DNA from: a virus
IMG/VR virus record: IMGVR_UViG_3300001685_000001
DNA length: 64,000 nucleotides
Reading direction: 5' to 3' (one strand)
A program made the translations under genes and the position numbers. Positions 38,183 to 47,020 of this stretch are shown piece after piece (the first letter of the stretch is position 1; each line of letters begins with the position of its first letter). Under the pieces are notes generated by a model, which was not told the origin of the DNA, did no database searches, and was given only the letters and a program-made list of their open reading frames with translations.

Positions 38183-38502
38183 TTGTTAGCTAACCAGCCA
38201 AGAGGCATCCAATAGAGTCAATAAACAACCACTCATAAGCCTTTAATCTTGGATTTAATCGAAGTTTTATTCTTAAAAACTAAACGTTGAGTTCATAAGA
38301 ACTTTGAACCTTAACCTTTGAATCTTAAACTTTGAAATTTGAGCTTTTATCCCATATACGCTCTCTGAGTGTAATATAAAGTACATTCGCTTATCCTTAT
38401 TTGGATTCAAATTTTCATCTGTTAGATGTAAAGTTAATTTGGAGAGCTTTACCCTGCTCTCCGATAGGGTGTTTAGTCCATTAGATTTCGATTAACTAAC
38501 AA
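38183..38502 (-). ncRNA. Candidate ~320-nt structured ncRNA (closing helix, pseudoknot, heptamer-repeat domain)
   Basis: 13-bp end-to-end helix, nested 8-bp and 6-bp helices, H-type pseudoknot, no ORF. Confidence 0.75.
38262..38348 (-). repeat. Tandem 7-nt repeats (consensus YAARGTT), 7 + 4 units
   Basis: AAAAGCT CAAATTT CAAAGTT TAAGATT CAAAGGT TAAGGTT CAAAGTT [10 nt] CAACGTT TAGTTTT TAAGAAT AAAACTT. Confidence 0.85.
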
Positions 38503-38519
38503 TGTTATTTAACTAATTA

Positions 38520-39143
38520 TTAATCTTCAATTGTAATTCTTGTAATCGTGTTGCTCTCTGAAAGCGTGAAATCCACTTCCATGTTGAAGTCCTCGATACT
38601 CTTAACCAACTCATTAATCTGTTTCTCCAAGTTAATTGGGTCAATGAAAGTAGCCTCGTTGTCTGCTTTAAAAGCCTTCACAATGTCTTCATGTGACTGA
38701 GCATTAACTTTACCTTCTTTACCGAACAGCGTTTCCAAGTGAGAGTCTAAACGAGCTTTCATCTCATTGTTAATACGGTCAACATGATTTACCACCTGAG
38801 TATAAGTTGAGCGCATTTTACTTAGTAATTGCTCTTCATAAGAAATAGAAGTCTTTCTCTCAATTGCTTCAGCTACCGTCATTTTAACTCCTGCTACCTC
38901 AACAACAGTTGTTGCATTGGAAAGTACAATTGCAGATTTAATTGCGTTTCTGCGTTTTAACAAATCTTTTACTGATTGATAATCTGATTTGGCACGTTTT
39001 TCAACATCTTCTACTGAGCTATATCCAGTAGGCAATTTCTTACCAACTGAGTTACTTCCTAGAACAGCCTCATTGATTGAACGATTAATGCGTGAGTCTA
39101 ATAGCTTTAATTCTGCTAAGCCTCTTGTAATAGTCATTTCCAT
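38520..39143 (-). CDS. Coiled-coil protein resembling the DIP1984 (septicolysin-like) family
   Basis: MTITRGLAELK...IVLSNATT...MTVAEAIERK...VDFTLSESN; matches the recalled LAEAL/N..T/D..L...N pattern. Confidence 0.6.
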   Translation of the reverse strand: MEMTITRGLAELKLLDSRINRSINEAVLGSNSVGKKLPTGYSSVEDVEKRAKSDYQSVKDLLKRRNAIKSAIVLSNATTVVEVAGVKMTVAEAIERKTSISYEEQLLSKMRSTYTQVVNHVDRINNEMKARLDSHLETLFGKEGKVNAQSHEDIVKAFKADNEATFIDPINLEKQINELVKSIEDFNMEVDFTLSESNTITRITIED

Positions 39144-39381
39144 GTGATATCAATCTCCTTTTATTCGCTGATTGCCTAAATGACAACCACATTCCTTACT
39201 GGATATGTACGTGTAATAGTTAGGCATCTTGCAATGATGATTAGCTATTACACTATTTAATTATATGTGATTAAGTAGTTAAACGTAAACCTGTTTTTCC
39301 CTTTTTGGAAATATTAGTGAGGCAAGGGAGAGGAACCTCACTAACTATATTTTGCTTATGTGACTTACATTGTTAACTTTA

Positions 39382-39702
39382 TTATTCTGCTAGTGGTGCT
39401 GCTTTAAGTGCATCTTTAACTGTTTTAGAAATTGCTACTTTAGCTGCATAGTGAGCTGGTACTGTAGTTGGTGTTGGTAGAACCGCTGGGTCTTCACCTT
39501 GAATTCCTGCATAAGTGCGTTCTGCTTTTACATCAACTTTTAAGTTTCCTAATGCTCCAAGTGGTACTCCTACTTGCTGTTCTGTAACTACACGAACGAT
39601 AGTTCCGATTACTGTATCGAAAATTTCCTTAGCGTTTACTTGAGTTGTTCCTAAATCTGTTGCTACCTCTTTAATTAAATCTTTTGTTGTAATTTTTGAC
39701 AT
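39382..39702 (-). CDS. hup: HU/IHF-like DNA-binding protein (YonN/TF1-like)
   Basis: TKDLIKEVA...GNLKV...AERT...PAHYAAKV.ISKTVKD. Confidence 0.85.
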   Translation of the reverse strand: MSKITTKDLIKEVATDLGTTQVNAKEIFDTVIGTIVRVVTEQQVGVPLGALGNLKVDVKAERTYAGIQGEDPAVLPTPTTVPAHYAAKVAISKTVKDALKAAPLAE

Positions 39703-39847
39703 TTTATTATGTCTCCTTTTCCTTATATTCGTGCAATTTTTGTGAAAAATATGCCAAAAACTATAGTTTTTATATGTTTTTTAATGAATTTCGAAGGTTT
39801 TTAAAGAAAACCAACAAAATTAAATTTAATATTAGTTTAAATAGTTA

Positions 39848-40198
39848 TTAATTGTAATCATTGTCATCTACATCTGCAATCCCAATAGCTGTTTGGTTAT
39901 CAATGCTTAGAGATGAGAAGGTTGAATGTCTTTTAGAACCTTTATCCATCTCTTTTTGTTTCTTATGGGAAAGGATATCTAATTCTTTTTCTTCTTTAGT
40001 GAGATAGTAAGCTATCATATCCATGAGAGTTTTTGTGTAATCTTTGTTCCAAGTGTATCTAAAGTACTCTTCAACTGTCATTACTTCTTCATGAAACTCA
40101 ATGCTATCTATTAGTATCATATCAACAACAACTTTTCTTTCTTCTATAGGGATACTCATATCCATATCATATGATTTATGTGGTAAATGTAATTTCAT
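39848..40198 (-). CDS. Hypothetical protein
   Basis: ORF; start after GAGGAG. Confidence 0.7.
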   Translation of the reverse strand: MKLHLPHKSYDMDMSIPIEERKVVVDMILIDSIEFHEEVMTVEEYFRYTWNKDYTKTLMDMIAYYLTKEEKELDILSHKKQKEMDKGSKRHSTFSSLSIDNQTAIGIADVDDNDYN

Positions 40199-40285
40199 TA
40201 TTATTCTCCTCATTTATGAGAAAAGTACCCTATATAGTTTAAGGCGGTTACAAGGCACTTTTCTGGGGTGTTTCTGACGTAATGG

Positions 40286-40816
40286 TTATCTACATGTTTT
40301 ACAGATGCTGTGTAATCCACTTTTATTCCGCAAATCATCGGAATAAAATTCATTTGTTGCTGGTAAATCCTTTTTGCATCTAATACAATTTTTAGTTTTT
40401 AAATCTAACATATGAACATAAGTAGTTTTTCTCCAATTTCGTTCATTGGCATTTGCAATGTCTCTGATAATCTTGTTTAAACGCTGTCTAATACTTGTTT
40501 CATCTATTAGACCTAAACTGTCTGCTATTTCTTTCATTGTGTAACCTTGCTCAATCATTTCTAGTATTTTCATTTGTTCTTTATTAAAGTTGCATTCAGC
40601 GATTAATATATCTAGGGAAGCATACGTGGCAACAACTTCCTGATTTAAATCAGCGATTTCGCCAGCTTCTAAATAGAAGTTGTTTGTATTGAATCCAGAG
40701 TACTTATCGTACTTATATCTATATTCTACTAATAGTTGAACAACATCAATGTCTGAAAGAGTTAGGTCTTTGTAAAACATTTCTTTACTATGCAAATCTA
40801 CTTTTACGCTTCCCAT
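40286..40816 (-). CDS. Sigma region-4-like HTH + Cys4 zinc finger; candidate late regulator
   Basis: QMKILEMIEQGYTMKEIADSLG...IRQRL; CIRC...ICKTC. Confidence 0.65.
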   Translation of the reverse strand: MGSVKVDLHSKEMFYKDLTLSDIDVVQLLVEYRYKYDKYSGFNTNNFYLEAGEIADLNQEVVATYASLDILIAECNFNKEQMKILEMIEQGYTMKEIADSLGLIDETSIRQRLNKIIRDIANANERNWRKTTYVHMLDLKTKNCIRCKKDLPATNEFYSDDLRNKSGLHSICKTCR

Positions 40817-40984
40817 AAAACCCCTCTACTTCTCATCTGTATTCTTTTTGCTGCTTTTCCTTACTATTTAATTATAAGGAAAGAGACTGTAAAATGAACC
40901 CTGTTTTGGAAATATTTTTAATTTATTTTAAAACAGGATTCTAGCAAGAAGAATAGGAGAATAAAAATAAATTTAAATTAAAGG

Positions 40985-41043
40985 TTGCTTTTATGTATTT
41001 GTCAATATATAATTAAAAGGGTAAGTGAAAAGTAACCTTTGAG
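40985..41043 (+). promoter_or_regulatory. sigmaA-type promoter (TTGCTT-17-TATAAT) with a downstream GTGAAAAGTAACCTTTGAG box
   Basis: Direct reading; a divergent TTGACA-17-TTTAAT overlaps on the minus strand. Confidence 0.7.
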
Positions 41044-41060
41044 AATTGGAGAGAAGTAAA

Positions 41061-43481
41061 ATGGCAAAAGAGTATAGCATGAAAGTAAAGGTAACAAAGG
41101 TAATGTTCTATGACAATGATAGTATGTACGGTATATTTGGTTGCACCCCAGTTGAATATACACCAGACATTGAAAAGAACAAGTATGGTAATTTCAGTCT
41201 AAAAGGTAACTGTCGTAGACTGAGTGAGGGAGAAGAGTACACTATTGAGTTTGAGGGTTCGTTCCCAGATGCTAAATTTGGCAACTACTACAATCTAATT
41301 AAGGTGGAACAGGAGAAGCTAGATACATTAGAAGCTCAGCACAAGTTTCTAAAGGCAATTGTAACACCATATCAGTTTGATTCACTGGTAAATGCATATC
41401 CAAATGATATGATTATTGATTTAATTACAAACGATGAAGTGGATGTAAACATGACAAAGGGAATTAAATCTTATTCATTGGCACAAATTAAAAACAATAT
41501 AATTAAAAATAAAGAAATAGAAGAACTGATTGTTGAATTAGAATCTATTAATATCACAGCTAAAGCAATCAAAAAGATAGTGGCTCATTATGGAACAGCA
41601 GAGAAGGCTCTACACGCTGTGCGAACGAATATCTACTCCCTGTGCGATGTGTCGGGATTTGGATTCAAGAAGGTAGATGGTTTTGCTTTAGAACGTGGAG
41701 AAGACCCAAAGGGATACAAGCGTACTTTCTATGCTTTGAAATATGTATTGGAGAATGCTGGTCAACAAGGTCACACTTGGATATTTGAAGAAGAGGCTTT
41801 CCAAAATGTAAATGGACTCCTAGACTTATATAGTCCAGTATTGCGTGAGATAATAACCAAGGTGTATCAAGATGAAGAGTTCTATGTTATTAAAGATAAG
41901 GTGTCACTGCGTAAGTATTTTAAGCAAGAGGCTGGAATACTAATCCACTTAATGCGCATACGTGATAGCTATGAAGCTCCTTATGAGTTAGATATTGACA
42001 ATGAAATAAAGAACCAAGAGAGTTTGAATAATATTACTTATTCAGATGAACAGAAAATAGCTATTAAAGAGGCAATAGAGAATGGAGTATATATTTTGAA
42101 TGGTAAGGGTGGGGTTGGTAAAACAACTATTATACAAGCAATATTGGGTATCCTATCACACCAATCACATGCTGCTTGTGCACTATCAGGCAAAGCTTCA
42201 AACATATTAACCAACAAAGGTCTAAATGGCATGACAATGCATCGCCTATTGGGAACAAGTAAAGTGACTAGAGGCTTTGCACATACAGAGTTCTTCCCAC
42301 TACCTGAGAAAATAATTGTTCTAGATGAAGCATCAATGGTTAACGTGGGACTTGCTTATAGTTTAATTCAGGCAATTGCTAATGGCTCTAAGCTTATTAT
42401 TGTTGGAGATAGTGGTCAATTAAGTGGAATAGGACAAGGAGATATGTTAAGAGACCTTCTGGCTACTAATTTCTTCGCTAAGAGAGAGCTAGTACATGTT
42501 CATAGACAAGCTAAAGATAGCGGAATACTTGATATTGCTAACCGCATTCGTGAGGGTGAACAAGTTACTACTTTCAATGGTTCAGGTAAAAGCGCACATG
42601 GCATTAAAAAAGACCAGTTGGTTATTACTTATAAGGATAGAACAGACCTTGCAAATGATATCCGTCATATTATTGATAGTTATAAAAATAAAATGAACTC
42701 AGCAGAAGACATCATGAATTTTCAAATACTTGTAGCAAACAAGGATAAAGGAGACATATCTACAACTGCTATTAACAAGTATGCTCAATCTGTTTTCAAT
42801 AAATCTATTAAGCAGGGATTAAAGTATGGAGCATTAGAGTTTAAAGAAACAGACAAAGTAATGGCTAAAGGAAACGTTTATGAAATTACAGTATTTAGAG
42901 ACCTAGAAGCATACAAGGAGAAAAATGTTTATTGGGGTCTCATGAAGAAGTTTAAGGACTTAAGAGAACAAAAAAACACCTGTGAACTATATGAGCAAGA
43001 AATGGCTAGAGAAGATATAGAGGAGCTACTTAGTGTTGAAAAAGAGTTGGAGAGATTCAGAGGTAGCATTTACACTGAAGACCTATTCAATGGAACGCTG
43101 GGAATAGTTAAGCAAGTCGTAACGGAAGAGAAAGAGCTTCTAATTGAATTTGAAAATATAAAAGGGTTGGTCGCCATTTCTCAAAATGGTTTAGACATAA
43201 TCGACTTGGCATATTGCATGACGATTCACAAGAGTCAAGGGTCAACGATTAAAACGGTTATCGTAGCTATTGACTTTGTTGCATTCAAGCTGTTGACACG
43301 TCAATTAATATACACAGGTATTACTCGTGCAAGTGATAAGTGCATCCTACTAGCTGAGAACAATGCTCTGCATCAAGCAATAGATACAGATAATAGTGGT
43401 AACAGACAAACATTCTTAGCTGGTTTAATCAGAGGATATCAGCAGAAATTGGAGAATGAAGCGAGACAGCTAGAAGCTTAA
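41061..43481 (+). CDS. recD: RecD2-like SF1B helicase
   Basis: GKGGVGKT, DEASMV, GDSGQL, AYCMTIHKSQGS, YTGITRA. Confidence 0.92.
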   Translation: MAKEYSMKVKVTKVMFYDNDSMYGIFGCTPVEYTPDIEKNKYGNFSLKGNCRRLSEGEEYTIEFEGSFPDAKFGNYYNLIKVEQEKLDTLEAQHKFLKAIVTPYQFDSLVNAYPNDMIIDLITNDEVDVNMTKGIKSYSLAQIKNNIIKNKEIEELIVELESINITAKAIKKIVAHYGTAEKALHAVRTNIYSLCDVSGFGFKKVDGFALERGEDPKGYKRTFYALKYVLENAGQQGHTWIFEEEAFQNVNGLLDLYSPVLREIITKVYQDEEFYVIKDKVSLRKYFKQEAGILIHLMRIRDSYEAPYELDIDNEIKNQESLNNITYSDEQKIAIKEAIENGVYILNGKGGVGKTTIIQAILGILSHQSHAACALSGKASNILTNKGLNGMTMHRLLGTSKVTRGFAHTEFFPLPEKIIVLDEASMVNVGLAYSLIQAIANGSKLIIVGDSGQLSGIGQGDMLRDLLATNFFAKRELVHVHRQAKDSGILDIANRIREGEQVTTFNGSGKSAHGIKKDQLVITYKDRTDLANDIRHIIDSYKNKMNSAEDIMNFQILVANKDKGDISTTAINKYAQSVFNKSIKQGLKYGALEFKETDKVMAKGNVYEITVFRDLEAYKEKNVYWGLMKKFKDLREQKNTCELYEQEMAREDIEELLSVEKELERFRGSIYTEDLFNGTLGIVKQVVTEEKELLIEFENIKGLVAISQNGLDIIDLAYCMTIHKSQGSTIKTVIVAIDFVAFKLLTRQLIYTGITRASDKCILLAENNALHQAIDTDNSGNRQTFLAGLIRGYQQKLENEARQLEA

Positions 43482-43484
43482 ATT

Positions 43485-43608
43485 CTCAAAGGTTACTTTT
43501 CACATAGGCTATCACTTTATATATATAATTAATATAGATTAATATAATAATATATATATATATATATAAATAATAAAGTGAATATAGGGGTCAGAAGTAA
43601 CCTTTGAG
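43485..43608. repeat. Origin-like unit A: 35-bp inverted arms around a 54-bp AT tract
   Basis: Arms share CTCAAAGGTTACTT and TCACTTTA; spacer contains (TA)9. Confidence 0.8.
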
Positions 43609-43675
43609 ATTTCTATTGAAAATAAAGGTTAAAAACATAGGGATTAATGGTGGTTTAGCTAGTAGGAGGATAAGC

Positions 43676-44452
43676 ATGAAGGCAACAAAGCTATTTGAAA
43701 AAGATAATATTATGTCAGGTGTTAATGTTGACATTCATCTTTTTAGTGAAATAGAAGAAATGGTAAAAGAGAATGTGATTAAGCATGATAATCACAGAGG
43801 ATACGTATATAGTTACTTGTGGTTAAACAGTTACCTGTGGAGGCACTTTAAATATTTTAGTGAAACTGTAACCATTAAAACAATGAAAGAGACATTGGGA
43901 AGGAACCCCCTAGATAAAAAGGTAGACTACTTAACCAAGAAAAATGGAATATTGGATAGTAAGGGTTATACAGAATACACAAATGACTTTCCAATTGATG
44001 CAGTAATAAGCACTGAATTCAAATTTGTTTATCTATCTGACCTAGACATAGACACAGCTAAGTCGATTAAATCCATTAAGCCTAGAGGATATAATATGAA
44101 AAAGCCTTTACATGGATATGGCAGAGGTAATAAGGATGGTCTATATTTTTCAAAGGATGATGTAGTCCACATAACATTAGAAGAGTTCCTATTGTGCATG
44201 TCAAATGACAATGTTGGTGTTGATAGCTTTTATTTATATTCATGGATAAAGATGAGAGGCAAACTATTAAAACAAGATGAGATAACAATACTATACAGAG
44301 AGATGACAAATGCATTAGGATACGGTACAGACAAACTAAGAATGCTACTAAGTCATCTTGAAGAAGTGGAATTAATAGAATCAGAAAGCGTTGTTAGCAT
44401 TAGTAAGCAGGACAATTCATTTATTACACGAAAACAATATAAGCTAATATGA
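43676..44452 (+). CDS. Putative replication initiator (tandem winged-helix-like)
   Basis: Start after AGGAGG; flanked by origin-like units; C-terminal HTH-like YREMTNALGYGTDKLRMLLSHL. Confidence 0.5.
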   Translation: MKATKLFEKDNIMSGVNVDIHLFSEIEEMVKENVIKHDNHRGYVYSYLWLNSYLWRHFKYFSETVTIKTMKETLGRNPLDKKVDYLTKKNGILDSKGYTEYTNDFPIDAVISTEFKFVYLSDLDIDTAKSIKSIKPRGYNMKKPLHGYGRGNKDGLYFSKDDVVHITLEEFLLCMSNDNVGVDSFYLYSWIKMRGKLLKQDEITILYREMTNALGYGTDKLRMLLSHLEEVELIESESVVSISKQDNSFITRKQYKLI

Positions 44453-44484
44453 CAGTGAATAGGGGATATAAATGTGGTCATAAT

Positions 44485-44595
44485 CTCAAAGGTTATCACT
44501 CACCTATATAGTCACTTTAAATATATTTAATTAATATAATATATATAATAATATAAATAATAAAGTGAATAGGTAGGTGAAAAGTAACCTTCGAC
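44485..44595. repeat. Origin-like unit B: 35-bp inverted arms around a 41-bp pure A/T tract
   Basis: Copy of unit A exactly 1000 bp downstream. Confidence 0.8.
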
Positions 44596-44689
44596 CTTTT
44601 AGAGCTATTTTATGGGTGTTCTGCACAAAAGCTTAACTGCATACGCAGTACGCATTTGCACAGGCTGTCGCCTAACATTTTTTATTAGG

Positions 44690-44718
44690 TTGCTTTTAAC
44701 TAGTTAATTGCATATAAT
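44690..44718 (+). promoter_or_regulatory. sigmaA-type promoter TTGCTT-17-TATAAT
   Basis: Same -35 variant as the recD promoter. Confidence 0.65.
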
Positions 44719-44762
44719 TATATTAAGTAGACGAAATAATTAAAAAGAGGTGAAAGGAAAAC

Positions 44763-45176
44763 ATGGACATAAAAACAGAGGATAGAATAAGGTATGATTG
44801 GCTATTTGGATTGCTGTTCTACGGTGAGAAAGTATCTAGGAATCAATTGAATAAAGTCCCAACGCAACATTCAAGTGTCACACAGATAATTAAATATGCA
44901 AATGGAATTGAAACATTATTGGATGAGATGACAGAAGATGAATGGGACAACATTGGTTCAGAGAGGATAAGAGTAATCCTATTGGCAATGGGATATATGA
45001 GAAATTCTATTAGGATGAATGCCAAGATGTACTATAGCATAATGCAGCAACAAGGGTTAAAGATGGAGCTACACGAGCATATTGGTGAATTTAGTGAATG
45101 GCTAAAAGTAGGAAACGAAGGAATAGGATTGGATAAATATAATGACATTGAGTTTATAATGCCAGAGATGCTATAA
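44763..45176 (+). CDS. Hypothetical helical protein
   Basis: Strong RBS and own promoter. Confidence 0.75.
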   Translation: MDIKTEDRIRYDWLFGLLFYGEKVSRNQLNKVPTQHSSVTQIIKYANGIETLLDEMTEDEWDNIGSERIRVILLAMGYMRNSIRMNAKMYYSIMQQQGLKMELHEHIGEFSEWLKVGNEGIGLDKYNDIEFIMPEML

Positions 45177-45231
45177 GGAAGAACACCACATGAAAAATAG
45201 AAGATACAATAAAACTAAATAAACTAAACTA

Positions 45232-45267
45232 AGGGATGTCTGCAATTATGTGGATGTTCCTTTTTTT
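45232..45267 (+). terminator. Intrinsic terminator
   Basis: AGGGATGTC...GATGTTCCT followed by a T run. Confidence 0.6.
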
Positions 45268-46452
45268 ATTACTGAAAATAAAAGCTATATAAATACATAT
45301 ATATGTCTAATTGTCATTTTAAGATACCTTAGAGAAGAGATAAGAGTGAGTGGAAGTATTTGTCATGGGAAGTGTTAAGAGGTCTTAGAAGAGCTTCTAG
45401 ATATGTTTAAATTGATTCTGAATGGATTGGATAATATTTTTTACATCCGTATGAAAATGAAGGGTTAAATTAGAGAAAGTCATGAGCAGAAATAGTATGT
45501 AAAAGTGGACATCAATTTTAAAGGTGTTTTCAATGCGTTTAATAGGTGTTAAAGAAAAGATGAAGACTTATACCAGAGAGGTAAAACAGAGGTACTCACA
45601 GCTCTAAAAATGATGTCTAATTACGTAAAGGAGGTTACTCTTATCCTGAGACTGTGAGTTAGAAGAATTATAGCATATGTAAAATTGAATGAAAAGAAAT
45701 ATGAATCGATACCATTAATTTTAGTCACCGAGACCGAAAATGAAAATGGGGTAAATGATGATACATACATTAGGATAAGATGGAGTGTACATACAGTTTT
45801 TTATTATTTCTGGAAGAGTAAATATAAAATTAGGCAAACAGGTATCGATAGAACATGGGATATATAGGAGTATAAAACTGCAAATGAGAGATTTTATATA
45901 TTATATTGGAAAATGACGGGGGTCTAATGATAATAATAACAGGATAAAATGGTAGGCTGACGATGGCGAATTCGATAGGAGAAAATGGCTTATATGAGGG
46001 TTGACAATAGAAATGATAAAAATATGATATTTATGATAACGAATGGTAATATTAAATGAGCAGAGGTGAGAGAGGATGAAACTAGGATGGAAATAGGATT
46101 AAATTGAAAAATATGATGCTGTGTAGATAGGGGAGCTCAATAATATGTATTATAAAAGAAGAGGTAAAAATTGGAAAATACCCCCGTCTATCTCCTAAAA
46201 TTATACAATTAATCTGTGCTATAAGAGGCATTATAAGAAGGTAGAATTATAGGAAGGTAGGAAAAGTTATATTTTGCCCAAAATTAAATAAACTGAATAT
46301 TATATTTTATAAATGAGATGAAAAATAGGAAAATGAGATTCCATAAAAGTTTAATTTGATTAAACATTATTCGATATATAACAGGCAAAAAATTTTCAAC
46401 TTATACGTTTCATGTAATTGTAATTGTAATTGTAATTGAAATATATAAATAG

Positions 46453-46490
46453 TTATCCACAACCTATAAGTTATCCACAGGTTATCCACA
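46453..46490 (+). promoter_or_regulatory. Three perfect DnaA boxes
   Basis: TTATCCACA at 46453, 46471 and 46482. Confidence 0.8.
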
Positions 46491-46607
46491 AGTGTTAGTA
46501 ACTATCATATATAATTATTCTTGTCAAGTTTTATATAGTTTATATAGTTTTGCTCAACTCTATCAATCCTATCAACTCTATCAACTCTATTAATATTAGA
46601 CAAATAA

Positions 46608-46641
46608 AAAAAGTGTAAAGTGAAAATACTTTACACTTTTT
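46608..46641. repeat. 14-6-14 perfect palindrome (terminator or protein-binding site)
   Basis: AAAAAGTGTAAAGT-GAAAAT-ACTTTACACTTTTT. Confidence 0.75.
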
Positions 46642-46720
46642 AGATTCTATTTTTCAGATTCCGTTTTCTATATTCCAGATTTCATTTTCCATCTATTAAA
46701 ACTGCCTATGCCTCTAATAA

Positions 46721-47020
46721 TCATTTAAAGACATCATACAAGGCTTTTAAATTTTCTTCCATGTTCATGTGTAAAACTTTTTCCCCGTCCTTATAGAACC
46801 TCTCTATCTTACATAATGTATTGATTATTGTTTCATATAATATATAGTCTTCATCGCTTGTATTGTCGTCATGTGGATTGAATTCTATCTCCAATAGTCT
46901 ATGCATTATATTAAAAGTCCTGTCAGATTCTTGACTTATATTGTCGTCTCCTTGACTGATATTATAAGCGCATACATATTCAGTATAAGCATTTATGAAC
47001 TCTAAAGTTATACCTCTCAT
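46721..47020 (-). CDS. Early hypothetical protein
   Basis: ORF track; ATGA overlap. Confidence 0.7.
   Translation of the reverse strand: MRGITLEFINAYTEYVCAYNISQGDDNISQESDRTFNIMHRLLEIEFNPHDDNTSDEDYILYETIINTLCKIERFYKDGEKVLHMNMEENLKALYDVFK

Noticed and set aside
37602-38502. ncRNA + HNH as an OMEGA/HEARO (IscB) or retron system
   Set aside because: The HNH is a short HNH_3/NUMOD1-type protein with no RuvC or bridge helix; there is no reverse transcriptase in the window
43485-44595. Hairpin-telomere (telRL) resolution sites
   Set aside because: Arms are imperfect with long asymmetric AT cores, and no protelomerase is recognisable
44630-44672. ACTGC-ATAC-GCAGT hairpin next to origin unit B as a primosome site
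   Set aside because: Only 5 bp, with no recognisable consensus
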